64,000 nt of DNA. It comes from Amoebidium appalachense. Lineage: Eukaryota; Protista; Ichthyosporea. Shown here piece by piece: positions 37,951 through 55,494 of the stretch. Location of the stretch: positions 2,709,098 through 2,773,097 of the forward strand of contig CAVNZM010000011.1 in assembly GCA_963693365.1 (NCBI GenBank), read 5' to 3'. The position numbers and the translations under genes are program-made. Each line of letters starts with the position of its first letter. Position 1 is the stretch's first letter. The notes under the pieces were generated by a model, which was given only the letters and a program-made list of their open reading frames with translations, did no database searches and was not told where the DNA came from.

Positions 37951-39275
37951 GCTTACATGAAGCACTAACACTTTATGGGCATGCCCAGCTGTTCAGAGCC
38001 CTTGTATCTCTATACTGCACAGTTCGGGTCATCTCTGTGTGGACATATGCTGGATCGTCATATACAAGCTTAGTCTGGATTTTGTTTGGGTGTTGCTCTG
38101 GTACAATATTTATCCTCTGGGCCATGCAACAGACACCGCACACACAAAGATCTATCAGGTCTCTTCCCTTGCCTTGCTCAACTCCTCTTGTTACTCTCTC
38201 TCGTTTTACTTATCTCCCCCTCCCCCTCTCTCTTTCTCTCTTTCTCTCCCTCCCGCCGCTCGGAGTCAATCTTTAGTGCAGTGGAGTGAGCCGGCTGCGT
38301 CCATGCATAAGAACACAAATGGCTCACTACAGTAGGGTAATTACGTATTAGCCAATCGCGATCACATAGCCATATCTGGTGTTACCGTGGAATATCTTCT
38401 TTTCCCGATTCTTCACCATGGCAGGTATATAAAGGCTTTCGTTTTTTCTTTTTGTGGTGGGAAGGGGTCCCACTCAGGGGAACGTGACACTGTGTGTGTG
38501 TAGTGCGGCTTTGTCTATTCCTAATGCTGTGAGAGTGTGGGGACATCTCCCTTCCGCGGAGTTTCTCGCTTGAGGAGTGGTTTCTTCGACATCTGGTGGC
38601 CCACTGCAACTTGCGGTGACTTCTACACGCTATCTACGCTTCTACGCGAGCTATTGGCGGTGGGCTGCTGCAAATTCTTCAACTGCTTCTGCGCTGCGTG
38701 AGTGGAGGGATAGCTACTGGGTCGTCGAGGAGCTTTCCTTGTGGCTGCCGTGTTTTCAGCCTTCAGCAGTATGGCAATGACTGGGTTTGCTTGCATGCAT
38801 TCTGTAGTTGTGTTTTCCTGTGTGTCCTGCCACAACTAGGCCACCTTATCAAAGAGTTAGAGACAGCTTCTGCGGGTTTTCTAGGGGACGGACCCGCGGG
38901 GATTGTTTTCTCGCTCGGATTTGGTCTGCATTGCTCTTTAAAGGGCTGACTTGCTTGCTGTGCCCCGGTAGGTTTTGAGGGGGGCCTGTTGGGGGCAGCA
39001 GTAATGATGTCGTCTTGCGAAGTGTAACCTGGTCATCATCGCTGCATATGACTAGTTGGAGCAAACTAGTTTCACGCATACACGTGCACTTGTACCTTTG
39101 CCCGCTGGTGTCCTTTGGTCACTTGTTGTTTTATTTTTTTATTTCATCGCTGTGGCTCTTTCGAAGTCGGTTATTTTGGTGGTCATGTAGCCTGTGGCTG
39201 CACGTTGCCTTCATATCCACTGGACCATTGATCAATAAATCTCAGTCAAGAGAAATAAGAATATCTTACCGTATG

Positions 39276-39332
<57 letters not shown>

Positions 39333-39421
39333 CCAAGGGGCCCCCCTGTAATACCTCTGGTGTATTTTTGTGCACCTATTTGAAAGCAAGATTAACTTAT
39401 TTTTCTGCCTCACTGAGGTCA

Positions 39422-39456
<35 letters not shown>

Positions 39457-39585
39457 ACCTACTAGTATTCCCTTAAAGTCTGTTCTGCAGCTGCCAAAGC
39501 AATTATAGGTCAACAGGGCTATCCAAATTGGAGACATAATCTAGATATTGGACATGGTCGCATTACAGAAATACCTCAAATCGGG

Positions 39586-40425
39586 CATTACCGTAATATC
39601 GCCGAATATTACCAATTAGGAGCGATTTTGGGCTTTTACCCCCTCGTACTAATACCATAATATTACCAGGGCCACCACTTCAAGTCGGCGAAACTTTGGT
39701 GTTTTTACGAATATAAAAACCCAAAATGATTCGTTTTTTAAGTCTAACAACAATTACAAACAATCTGATTCGATATACATCATGTTTACAATTGTTGACT
39801 AATGCCATCTACAGGGCTGAGTGCGATCGCAAAGTCAAATACATATAGATATTTTGTAGGCTGCCGTGCGGCTCTGTTGTACCTGTTGTACCTGTGTTAC
39901 TACCTACGTTTTGCAGGTTTGTTGTAAAATAATAATCATAGTACATGGATCCATACATTTCATTTACATATGCATAAGAGCATCATGGCATACGTGGTAC
40001 ACATGTATACATATATATTCTTGTAGAAGATAGATGTATACATATATTTTCACATGCATTCCCCCATGCATGCATATATGTATATATATGATGTATTCCA
40101 CATACATTGTTCATATTTGGGCTAGGAAAAGCATTATATATGCATGTCACTAGAATATACTTTAAAAAAAAAAAATTTAGGTGTACAATAAATACCTAGA
40201 TTGGTTATCTAAGTTACAGTACTAAATGGGTAATAATACCGCTCATTACGGGTGATAGGATGGTACTACCACCGAATTTATCACCAAAACATCACACTCG
40301 AAAATTTAGTGAGGGGCGTATTATTACCGTGATAGCATTGGCTGATCGGCCGATTTGTGCCCTAATCCTAAGGTAATACTCGGTAATATTACGGTATTAT
40401 GAAAACGGTAATATTACTGACCTTA
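39586..40425. mobile_element. AT-rich non-autonomous DNA transposon remnant with subterminal TATTACC/GGTAAT repeats, possibly hAT-like
   Basis: ttaccgtaatatcgccgaatattaccaattagga on the left is inverted relative to tcctaaggtaatactcggtaatattacggta on the right. The left terminus is not defined. Confidence 0.55.
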
Positions 40426-40535
40426 ATGCGCGACATAGGGTGTATCATGTAAGCGCTAGCCAATTGGTCAAAAATGCACCCACAAAAATGTTGCCTGACA
40501 TAAGATCGTCAAAAGGCGGGACAAAATAAACTGGG

Positions 40536-40576
<41 letters not shown>

Positions 40577-40792
40577 ACAAGCCTGTCACAAAGAAAACAC
40601 TGTACTCAGAAACAACGCGGATTTTCCGCTGACGCATGTCTTGTGGTGTTTTTCATCTATAAGGGCGTCCACCGAAACCATAAAACTGAGCTTGACAAGA
40701 ACAAAGAGACAGGGAACACCCTTACATTTGACACCACTTTTTGGATTCACCATTCTTTCCCACCTACATTTTCTACCAGCCCAAACGAAAAC

Positions 40793-43295
<2,503 letters not shown>

Positions 43296-43797
43296 TGAAA
43301 TAAAGAGCCATAATGTGCTTATTTAGACTGGTTAAGGGGTATCTAGAAATGCCTGCAGATCGCTGGAGTGGGAAAGAAGATGGAAGAAGGAGGGGGGGGG
43401 GGGGGGGGGAGGGGGGGGGGGGGGGATGTACCGGGAGGTAGGGGGGAATGTTTGATCTCGAAAGAATATAACGTTATGAGGCCCGAGAATGGTATGTGTG
43501 CGTTTTGTATTATGCTTGCTAGTGTATTTATCAGGCAAGCGGTGTGGTCGGAAGTTAGACCGTGAAAAGGAAGTGAAAATACCTGTTCAATAATCTTGGT
43601 GAATGAGATGACGGGCTGTGTAGGATATTTATGTTCCTGCGGGACTTACTCGGATCTGGGCATGGCCCCTAAGCGACTTAGCATTAGACATCCCCGAGTT
43701 ATTCATTGACTAATACGATAAATATTTAAGAGTATTCATTATTTTGTGCACGTCTTTTTATACCGATGCATGTAACTATTCGGGCCTATGAAAAAAA

Positions 43798-43938
43798 CTA
43801 TGTGGGAGCTAAGTCCGTACGGTGGAGGCCCCTAGGTATGGGGAGATTTCTCACATAACCCGCAAAAAAAAGCCCACAAAACACAAAAATAAAAAACAAA
43901 AAGCCAATAACCATAACCCTATGTCTCTGGGCCCTAAT

Positions 43939-43973
<35 letters not shown>

Positions 43974-44082
43974 AGGGGGGCAAAATCCTCGGTATAGGGA
44001 CCTGGCGGCCCCTTTATGTCGCTCGGGGATCAAACCGTTCCCCCCTGATTTTACCTCATCGGATTGTCTTTTGTCCTATCAG
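43798..44082 (-). mobile_element. Dispersed repeat of about 250 bp, copy 2
   Basis: Inverted homologue of 31830-32075 with an expanded internal G-run. Confidence 0.8.
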
Positions 44083-47000
44083 GTATGAAAGAGGGTCCCT
44101 TGTAAGAACTAAAGTGGTGGTTATGTGGTGGAGGCGGTTAACTAGATTTCAGATGTCATGTGTAGCAATAATGTTGTTGGTAGCTAGAGAATAGTATTAA
44201 AATAATAATAATAAATCTGCATGTAAACGTGTTTGGTCTCTCTCTTCGATTTCCCTCTCCCTCCCCCCTCGCCCGCACCCCTCCCTCCCTCTCTCTCTCC
44301 GTCCCCCTCCCCCCCTCCCCCTTCCCCTCTCCCTCTCCCTCTCCCTCCCTCCCCCTCCCCCCCCCCCCTCTCTCTCTCCCCCTCCCCCCCCCCCCCCCCC
44401 CACCTTTCCATCTCCCTCTCTCTCTCTCTCCCTCCCCCCTCTCTCTCTCTCCCCCCCCCCCTCTCTCCCCTCCCTCTTTCTCTCGATCTCCCTCAATTCT
44501 CTCTCTCTCTTCCCCCCCTTCCCCCTCTCTCTCTGTCCCCCCCTCCCCCTCTCTCGCTTCTCTCCCACTCATATTCCATTAGGATTGGTCCGGACAATAC
44601 TCTGCCATGCATCTACAGCCTCTATCAAACATGTAGTCCTCTCCTTTTGGAGAGTGTGTGTGTGTGTGAGTCAGGGAAGGAGGTGTTCGGGACCGGCAGG
44701 AAGGAGGGGCACGTGAGTAGCTTCATGTAAATATACAACCGTTACGGTGCTGTGAGTAACGTAACCCAAACACAGTGACTTCAACCCCTCAACCACCAAG
44801 CGATTAGGCTTTTCCCAATTTGAAACCGTGGTAGGGGTAGGTGCCCCTCTCTCTCTCTTCCTCCTCTTCCCCCCCTCCCCCCTCCCCCCCCCCCCCCCCC
44901 CCCCCCCCTTTCCGGGAGAGGAAGGGTGGGTCCGAATCCCGGCCCATCCCCCCAGCATGCTGGGTGGTGGCTCCCCCTCCCCCCAACCCACAGGCCACCC
45001 ATAACATACTACTGTAACTACCCCCCCCCCCCCCCCCCCCAAACCCACCCCACACACGCACATGCACACCCACCCATCCCCAACACCACCCCGTTCCGCA
45101 GCCTGTGCACCCACCGTTCCTGTAAATTTGGAAAGGGTTGCTTCCTTTAATTTTAACTTATGATATCGGGGCTTCAGCCGTGATCGATAATATCACATGT
45201 TGACCACCACGGACTCATCAGATCTAGAATACACTTTGCCACCGACAACTGCGGTCACTGTGCACAGCACGATGGCAGGTGTTACCCAATCAAAAATAGC
45301 TAATAATGCACTTGCCATTTTTGGCAGGTGACGAACCATAAAAGGTTGGGTTTGTCCTCTTGCTGGCTGCCTGTTTTGGCTGCAGCACTGCCTGCACGAC
45401 TATTATTTCTACAAAACAACATGTACATAGTAAAAATTATAAGCTTTCAGGAAATATCTAGAGCCAAAAAAGCGCTATTGAAGGGTGATAACATCGCTAC
45501 AATCTCAGCCAGTCAGAAATGCCATTATGCTACTGTGCACGTGACTGCTCATTCATTCACACTTGCACCACATGTGCACCAATCAATTTCCTTTGATGGT
45601 GGTTTCTTTTTTTGCTTTATATCTCTACAAAATTTAACGTAACTCTGGCATATCATGCTGTCGCTTTTAACGAATCCGGAAATGATTTAGAAGCAATACA
45701 TTTGCTCCAAATCAGATTTTCTACCTCTACCGCCGGTAGTACATAGGCTACTACTAATATTAAAGTTGGGCACACATCTGCGCTTTATTGCGATTATTAA
45801 TGTAATGTCAACACGTATGAGTTTTTAACACTTTGGTTATTTCACAGTATCTCCAACACTTTCGCCGACATTCCTTGCCTACATATCCACCGGAATGTGG
45901 ATGAGTACCTCGAAAACCTTCAAATGAATAATAATATCATCCATCAACATGATGCGAACTCATGAAACCTTTCAGCAAGCAACCTTTTGCAATCGATTCA
46001 ACGGGTTGGAAAACCAACCAAAAAAGGATGCATATTTCTTCACAATCCGACAGCAGAACAACAGACTGGAAAAGAATCCACTTAAAAAAAAATCACTTAC
46101 TATCAACAAAAGCAAGAACAGCCTTTGAATTCGGCCATTTGTGACATTTTAGCCGCCCGCAGCCACGTCGACCGCCTGTGAAAGTTGGCCCTTTTAGGCA
46201 TCAATCCAGCTCGTACACACAGGCAGACTGCACCGATACAACACCCCACACCGTCACATAGGTGGGTGTGAAGGTTTGTGTGTGTGTGGTTGTGTGTGTG
46301 TGTGCGTGTGTGACGGTGTGTGGAGTGTGAGTGTGTGCTTTCGCGCGCATGCACACGTGTGTGTGTGTGTGTGTGTGTGCATGTGCGTTGTGGGTTTGTG
46401 CGCTGGTGGGTGGGCACGCTTGACTGTGTGCGTATGTGTGTGTGCAAGCGGTTGTGCACGTGTGGGTGACAGAGGGGGGCATTTATGCACAAGAACAGTT
46501 CAGCACATGGCACCTTTTAACCGGGTAGGCATGTGTATGGGGGCATATCCGGGGAATTCACCAGTAACTGTTTCAGATCCCTCATTGAATTTGACGGCTC
46601 AAAAATGGAGCCTAGCCATCCTATGCCGCCCATAGTCCAAATTTGGTTTTACTCAAATAAGTCCATGTGATGAATATGAAACAAGCTTTGGTTTCTTGAT
46701 AAAAAAAAATAGAAAAAAGAACATAAACTGGCTTTGAGAGGCTGTAGATTAGTATTTGGGCTCTGATTTTAGGCCCCACTTTTTGCCCAACTGGATCTGA
46801 ATCTGGTGACTCGAGGGGGCGGGAGGGGAGGGGGGGGGGGGGGAGGGGGGAGGGGGAGGGGGGTGAGTGTGTGGGTGGGTGGGGGGGGGGGGGGGGGGGG
46901 GGGGGGGGGAATACCCGCCAATAAAGTTTAGTCAAAGGGCACCGGTCCCTGCTAGTACGTGCATTGACCACGAACATATGATGTGCAACTCTGCCTCCCA

Positions 47001-48321
47001 TTCCCCCTCCCCCCCCTCCCCCCCAACATACACACACCAACAATGGGTGCACGCACCTATGGCATCATGATGGATGCATTTGCCGAGTCTGGTCGCATGC
47101 CCGGCTGGCACGTCTTGCACTGTGGCTCCTGCCCAGACGTGCAGGGGAGAGAAGGGTCACCCACAGAGCATGTGGGGTTCAGGCGGCACGCTGATGTGAC
47201 CGTGTGTGTGTATGTGTGTGTGTGTGTGTATGTGTGTGTGTGTGTGTGTGTGTCACGGTGTCAGTGTGTGTGTACGTGTGTGTGTGTGTATGTCGCGCAC
47301 GCACGCGCCGCATGTGTGTGTGTGTGAAGCGCACGTGTGTGCATGTGTTTTGTGTGTGTGCGTGTGTGCGCGCGCCCGTGCCCGCATGCGCGTATGGTCC
47401 TTACACACATGGTTGTATGTGTTCGAAAATGGGAGGCGCGGTTAGTAATTATATTAATATCAAGATTAAAACATGTGCAGTGGGAGTATTACGTTATCAT
47501 TTGCTAGTTAGCCAGATGACTACTGTAAAGTGATAGGGGATGGACTACGGAGCAAGTGGCAGGGGGAGAGAGGCTGGGTGGGAAGGGAATAGGCGGCAGG
47601 AGGGAGTCTCAGGGAGGGCAGGAAGGGTGGAGCGGAGATGGGTGGAAGAGGGGAGAGAGAAGCAAGATTAACGACACAAAGCAAGTATGTAAGTACTACC
47701 GGGGATCACGATACTAGGACTACTGAGATGCTGTGGTCATGGGGGAGAAAGTCATGAGAGAAGCCTGAGGGGTAGCAGAGTAATTACAAGGGGCCTTTCG
47801 CGTCACATGCCCTTCACAAAATAGCAGTCTCTGTCACTCTAATATAAAAACCTTGCCATAATTCGTCGCCCTTTTTTCCCCACAGTGGCCCGGCTCGCCA
47901 ATCACAACTGGGCACTAAGTCTTCCGATAATGATGATCATTCTCAGTATGAATACAGTCAGTGACAGTACTGTAGTTTTGCTCCGACATGTCATTGATTC
48001 AGAACTGAAGCGGCCTTGCAAGTTGCCCTCCCTTGTCCCTATAGAACTAACCTATGAATGTGATTGCGGCTACTCACTTTGCGGAACTTGTACACAACAA
48101 ACAACACGCATTATGGTTAATGAAATCTAAGGACGGTATCATATACTTCGAATTCAATCTTTAACTAAATGTCACATGCACCCGCCGAAAGTTTAACTGC
48201 CCCCTAGGAGTATAATTATCGAACAGTAGTCATTAATTCTTTGCCTACTAGTGCTACCTATGTACTCAACCAGCGCCACTGCCGGACTGAGACTGTGACA
48301 CACACACACACACACACACAC

Positions 48322-48434
<113 letters not shown>

Positions 48435-48518
48435 TCACACCGTGACACACACCACACACCAGGCGCCGGCGTCACACCGTGGCACACCGTCCATACATAC
48501 ACACACACACACACCACA

Positions 48519-48650
<132 letters not shown>

Positions 48651-48783
48651 TCAGTTTCACACACTGTGACACACACACACACTAGTACTCACAACGTGAC
48701 ACAAAACTGACACACACTTTGATAGTAATACCCCCCCCCCCCCCCCCCCCCCCCCTCCCCGCCGCCGGGGACGACAGCATTAA

Positions 48784-49179
48784 TTGCGGAGGGGCGTCTG
48801 CGGAGGGGTCATTTTTTACCCCCTCCGCAAAGTCACCCCTCCGCGCACTTGCGGAGGGGTGCGGAGGGGTTTTCATGAACTTGCGGAGGGGTTTGACGTT
48901 TTTGCGGAGGGGTAAAAATTAGGTTGCGGAGGGGCTTTCTTACTTTGCGGAGAGGTGGACCCCTCTGCACCCCAGAAGTTACCCCGTCCGCACACCCCCA
49001 TCCACCCCTCCGCGAGTGTCAGAATTCACGAAGCAGAGGGGTTTCAAGGAAAGGTGCCAAAAAAAACGACTCTGCGGAGGGGTTCAAAAATACATCAAAA
49101 GTCCACTGCAGAGGGGTGCCCCCTCCCCCCCCCCCCCCCCCCTCTTGCCCCTCCCCCCCCCCCCCCCCCCTCTTGCCCC

Positions 49180-49214
<35 letters not shown>

Positions 49215-49845
49215 GCCTGCGGCCGGCCAGTTCGCGCATGATCAGTGAAGGCATTGCTCTTTACGCAAAAAGGTAAATATTTTTATAATGTGTAGGAGTA
49301 TAAGTGCCTGAAAAATTAGAGGTCCTGAAGCTATTAGTTGGGGTTATTTATTATATTTGAATGAATAATTAAGATACTTCGAAGCAAATTTAAGAGTGTG
49401 CGCGTTGCGCGCCCGTGCGCCTACGACATATCTTGTCGCGTATGTCTATTTTATATTTTAGGGTATTATGATTGGCGCGATTTGAGATTTAGAGTTGTAA
49501 CCAATCAGACGGGTTCTAAAATCAATTGTTATTGGATACATGTCACGACAGAGTGATGCCGGTATGGAATGACATACCGGCACATGTGCGGCCACGTGAT
49601 TCAACACTTATTGTAGGTTGTGTTTCGTTTCTGAATGCCGGTCGGTGTGACACACATCTATCAAGGAATTTTATAAACTAATTGAACATTGAACGTAAAG
49701 ACGCTCCTTAAAAAAAGAAAAATAATACCAAATACTTCAATATTTGGCTGCATACTTCCGGAGATCTATGTAGATCTAGTTCGGCGGACCACGTGTGCAC
49801 GTGGCACGGCCACCGACCGGCGCCGGCTGCGCAGTAGACTACACA

Positions 49846-49885
<40 letters not shown>

Positions 49886-49920
49886 ATCCCCCCCCCCACC
49901 CCCCCACCCCCCCCCCCCCC

Positions 49921-50000
<80 letters not shown>

Positions 50001-50496
50001 AGGCACCCCTCTTCCTCTCAAAAGTTGCCCTCCGCAGTGCCACATTGTCGTCCCGCCCCTCTGCTCACCCCATTGCAAGGGCTTTTTTGGCACACGCAGA
50101 GGCTGCCACCTACTGAGATGGCTCCTTATTTTTCCTTACACATTCAGCGAACACTGGACTCTATCGAACCGTCGAGGCGCCGCGACAGAAAGCATGCACG
50201 TGGTCGCGAGAGTGTGAGGCCTGCAGCGAACGTAAAGTTCATCGCAGCGCGTGCACATCGTCAGTACGTGTGAGACGCAGAGGGGCGTGCGGAGGGGTTT
50301 TTATAGCTTTGCGGAGGGGTGGGCGGAGGGGTGTCCCCTCCGCAACCCCCTCCGCAAAGCTATAAACCCCTCCGCACCCCCCCCCCCCCTCCCCCCCGCG
50401 AAGTCATAAAACCCCTCCGCAATTTCGTTTTTTCGGCTCGGAGGGGTGACTTTGCGGAGGGGTCAAATCCACCCCTCCGCAGACGCCCCTCCGCAA
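48784..50496. mobile_element. Foldback-like non-autonomous element of about 1.7 kb with arrays of GCGGAGGGG
   Basis: Inverted arms of about 60 bp (ttgcggaggggcgtctgcggaggggt...acccctccgcaaagtcacccctccg), and many GCGGAGGGG/CCCCTCCGC copies at both ends. No transposase ORF. Confidence 0.75.
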
Positions 50497-50504
50497 AGTG
50501 CGCC

Positions 50505-50537
<33 letters not shown>

Positions 50538-51283
50538 CGCCAATCTTCCTTATCCGATCATTCTTCAACATTTCAGCTATCTTTACCCCCCCCCCCCCCC
50601 CCCCCCGCCGCCGCGCCCCCGGGCCCCCCTCCACCACACTCAATATCCCCACACCCCCCCCCTCCCGAGTCCCTAAAACACACTCCCCCCCCCCTCCCCC
50701 TGTCGCAGGGGACATTGGTGCTACCAAAATGTAAGGGTGTTACTAAAAATAGAAAGATAAAAATAGAATTTTTCAAGACGGCCGTGGGCCCGTGGCGGGG
50801 AAGGTGGGGGCACATTCCATTCGTTCGTATCCAATAGGAACGACGCACATCTAAGCATGTTTGGTAGGTAGTTCCTAGTGGCTCATTTTATCTTTTTGCT
50901 GATTGGCTTCCTTTTACCATTTGACAGTTCGACTCAGTTCGTGCCAACCGATTCGTTTTTCATGTTCTGCACACGTAAACGCGAAGTTATCACCCAGAAA
51001 AACATTGGAGGCTCGGCAACGAGAATGAAGTAACATAACCACCGCTTCTACTGTCCAGACTTGGCTGGACTATTTGTAGAGTTTCCCATAGTTTCCTCTT
51101 ATGTTTAAGCTATCGTGCTACTATTGTTATAGCGCATCCTCCTTACACAAGCAGCACGGAAAAGAGAAATAGCAGAAAACACAAACGAAGAAAATTTTTC
51201 TACCGTCGACTTATAGTGTACCTTTCTGTCACTCTTTTCTAGGAAGAAGGTGTGGAAAAAACACTTTCTTCTCATACGACACC

Positions 51284-52118
51284 ATGACACAAAACGAACA
51301 GACAGGGGAGCCTGACACCACCCCACCCACCTCTCTCTCTCTGGTCACTCTCCCTGTGGAGCTTCTAGTGCACGTGTTTGATTTCGTCGACCCACTGAAA
51401 GTGGCGACGGTGTGCGCTGCGGTGTGCAGGTTTAACCCCCCCCCCCCCCCCCCCCCCCCTCCTTCCTCCTCCTCCACTTCCTCCTCCTCTCTCCTCCCCC
51501 CCCCACCCACCCATCCCTGGATCCAGAAGGATTTCTCTATTCTGTCTTCCGTTCGTCTGCCTGCATGATGGCTAGATAGGGAACACAACTGAAGCTATGT
51601 GCACGTGCTGACACACACACGCACACAAAAAACACACACACAACCACACACATGCGCGGGCGCGCGCACACACACACACTTGATGTTCAAACCCGCACAA
51701 AGCTTAAGGCTCTGCTGTTTTCCATCAACCTCACTGCGAACTTTCTTTTTCCTGTGGAAAGCTGTCTCGGTGCCGAATTTTTTTCACACATGAACCTTGT
51801 CTGATTTTTTTCCTATACCCTTGTCCCTCTTCCCCTGCTCTGTGTCTGTGTTAGATTTGTTGCAAGCTGAGAAACACCTGTTGCCCGTGTGGATTTTTTT
51901 CTACTTCATCGGCCTCCTGGTCATATACTGGGATCTACCTGTGTTCCCTTAGCATGGAACTGCTGGTCGATAGATACCACAGGGAGGTTCGAAGTAATTT
52001 CAGGTACTTTTGTTCCTGTCAACCTTTTATTCCTCTTGTCGCGTCTTTTTTCGTGTCGACCCTCGCCCCCTTTTCAACCGCTTCGTGATCATCAGTGGCA
52101 AAACAGGGGCCCCTTTGG

Positions 52119-52153
<35 letters not shown>

Positions 52154-52443
52154 TCCATGATGCAAACAGGTAGAAAAGAGCAATTGTTCTCTCTTTGGGA
52201 ATTGGGGAAGATTGGGAATAGAGACAGAGGGAGAACCATTCTGAACGTGAGAGGGGCCGAGGGAGGAATTGAAAAACGTGTGTTGCGGTTTGGTTTGCCT
52301 GGGCCTGCTTCTGGATCTTTTTTTCGAGACACTTCCAGAATGTTTGTGGCTTAATCATCATAGTTCTTTTGCTTTCTTTTTTCTTGTTTTTTTTTGGGAG
52401 GGGGGAGAAGGGGGTGGACATGAGGGTGGCGGGTGGAGAGGGG

Positions 52444-52488
<45 letters not shown>

Positions 52489-52761
52489 TGGGGGAGGCAT
52501 TGCAAGACCCTCACAGACCGTAAACCCATCGGCTAATCCAACACCATTTTTTCTAGAACATGGAAGGAGGCAACTCTGCTCGTCCGTTTCCGGCGCTTCA
52601 CCACCCACCACCGCAACCCCCAGCACCTTGGCTCTGTGTTTGCACGCTACCCCCGCCTGCTCCCAGCAGTCACACTTGATTGGAGATATGAGGACATGAC
52701 GTCATGTGAGCTGCATGGGTTGGCTGTTCTGAGGGAGCTGAAGAGGTGGGTTGCGGGTTTC

Positions 52762-52799
<38 letters not shown>

Positions 52800-52809
52800 G
52801 GGGGGAGGA

Positions 52810-52844
<35 letters not shown>

Positions 52845-52851
52845 GCTGAAG

Positions 52852-52903
<52 letters not shown>

Positions 52904-52969
52904 TGGGGGAGGAGAGGGGGGAGGGGGAGGGGGGGGGGGAGCTGAAGAGGTGGGTTTTTTTTTTTTTTT

Positions 52970-53000
<31 letters not shown>

Positions 53001-53313
53001 TTGGTGCTGGATTATTGTAGGTTGGTTGAGAAAGGGGTGATTACTGGTCGTGTTACTGCTGAAGGTTGTCTATTGCTGTTATCCTGCTTTCTCTCTTTGT
53101 CCAGTGTTTAGGTTGTGTTCCCAAGTCTGCAACCCCTTTTTGTTTGTGTGTGTGGTGTATGTTTTGGATGCGTGAAAGAGCAGCTTTTTTCTCTAGACGG
53201 TGGCAGATGCCTTCTACACTTTTCCTCCTTTCCCGGGCTATCACACGATGCACATGTCGCATGTAGGTGTGGCAGGTTTCGGATGTGCTGTGTGTGCGTG
53301 TGCGTGTGTGTGT

Positions 53314-53366
<53 letters not shown>

Positions 53367-53587
53367 CGTGTGTGTGTGTGTGCGCGCGCGTGTGTGTGTG
53401 TGTGTGTGTGTGTGTACCGGTGTGCCCGTGCAGTGCATGTTGCATATCTTAATATCTTTCCATTAGCCCGTTTTTCACGCCATACAACGTATTATTCTCC
53501 ATTTCTCTTGTACACAGGGTTTATATATCGTGTATACACCTTTACACCTGTTTACCCCCCCCCCCCCCCCCCCCCCCCCCCTCAACA

Positions 53588-53677
<90 letters not shown>

Positions 53678-53926
53678 AGACTCAATCTGTCGGAAACCAA
53701 AGTTGAAGACATCACTTCCCTGTCGTCTCTCTCTTGCCTGGCAGAGCTGAGTCTGTCCAGTACGGATGTGCATGATGTGAGTCCTTTAATGGATTTACAG
53801 AAGCTCACATACCTCGACCTGAGCTACACAAAGGTGGGGTAGTGTGAAGTGCTCGCTGTTTTCTTGTTTCGTTTTTCTTGCTTTGAGTACGTGGTGAGAG
53901 GGTGAATGAGTGAGGTGAAGGTGTGT

Positions 53927-53995
<69 letters not shown>

Positions 53996-54105
53996 GCACT
54001 TGATGGTGGGCACTTGAGATGTTTAGTGTTTATGTATCTACCAAGTTTACGGAACATGACAAGAGTATAGTATTCCCCCCCCCCTCCCCCCCCTTCTCTC
54101 TCCCT

Positions 54106-54204
<99 letters not shown>

Positions 54205-54724
54205 CCTCCCTCCCTCCCTCCCCCCCCCCCCCCCCCCCCTCCCCTTCCCTCCCCCTCCCCCCCCCCCTCTCCCCTCCCCCCCCCCCCGCTTCCCCCCAAA
54301 TACAGCACGATGAAAAAATACATCTGAAGGTTTCCTCCATTGATGGGTCACGGTGGGATTAGCCGTTGTGATGCTGGTGTCATACTGGTTGTGCTCATGA
54401 ACCTGAAACCAGTTATGATGCAAACCGCTATACCTAACCACGAGATATCTGACAACCATATCTAGCCACCATAGATCTAACCGCTATACGATCAACTACC
54501 GTATATCTAACAGTCACATATCTAACAACATAGCGACTATATATCTAACAACCATGCATCTGATCCAAATTTCACATAGGTGCACGAGCTATCGCCCCTT
54601 AGCGGGCTTCCCTTGGTCAACCTAAACCTCAAGGGGTTTATGGTGTACACCGTCGAGGCCCTCCGTGACGTCACTACCCTCAAGACCCTCGAAATGTGGG
54701 GCACACAGGTGAACGGGACCCCCC

Positions 54725-54784
<60 letters not shown>

Positions 54785-54818
54785 AAAGAAGAAGTAAGAG
54801 CACACGCGAAAGCGCGCG

Positions 54819-54899
<81 letters not shown>

Positions 54900-55453
54900 C
54901 CCCCCCCCCCCCTCCCCCCCCCCCTGCGCGCAGGAAAGGAAAAAGGGAGGGAGGATAGAGAGCAGAGGCATAGCGAGAGGGGAATGGGTAGGGAATCACG
55001 CAAAAGGTTGAAGATTCGAATTTTTTGTTTTCAGACGCAGTAACTACCCTGGTAATGGGTTCTATCCATTTGTCTCTTGCCTGTACATCGGTGAGGTTCG
55101 GGGGTTTTTTTTTTTTTTCCCCGCTTCATCCCAAAAAAAAAAGAGAGAGAGCAAGGGGAGGAGGGGGGGGGGGGGGGGGGGGGGGGGGGATAGGGAGGCA
55201 GAGAGAAAGCGGTCATGAAAGTTGGGAGAGGGGAAGGAAAGAATGAAAACAGTAGCACCGTCACCACCAAGGCCAAGGACAAAGTTAATATTTTGATGAA
55301 AGGGAAGAAAGAAGGTGGTGGACCTAAACAAGCACGAATAAGAAGGAATAAGGAAGAAAGAAACAAGGCGGAAGGGTTAAAACATAGCCAAATAAAAGGA
55401 AGGACGGAACTTAGAGCAAGCAAAATGACTACACACAGATGCATGTGCCATAT

Positions 55454-55494
<41 letters not shown>

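Noticed and set aside
38335-39250. Solo-LTR-like segment (CCAAT, TATATAAA near 38426, AATAAA near 39234); similar blocks at about 18160-18600 and 57900-58850
   Set aside because: No second copy, termini or TSD in the window, so it cannot be supported without a genome-wide repeat search.
51856-52004. Possible extra F-box gene exon
   Set aside because: In-frame stop in the required phase; exon 1 joins 52557 cleanly to give CRTWKE.
54420-54560. Iterated tatctaac units
   Set aside because: Degenerate intronic minisatellite with no further structure.
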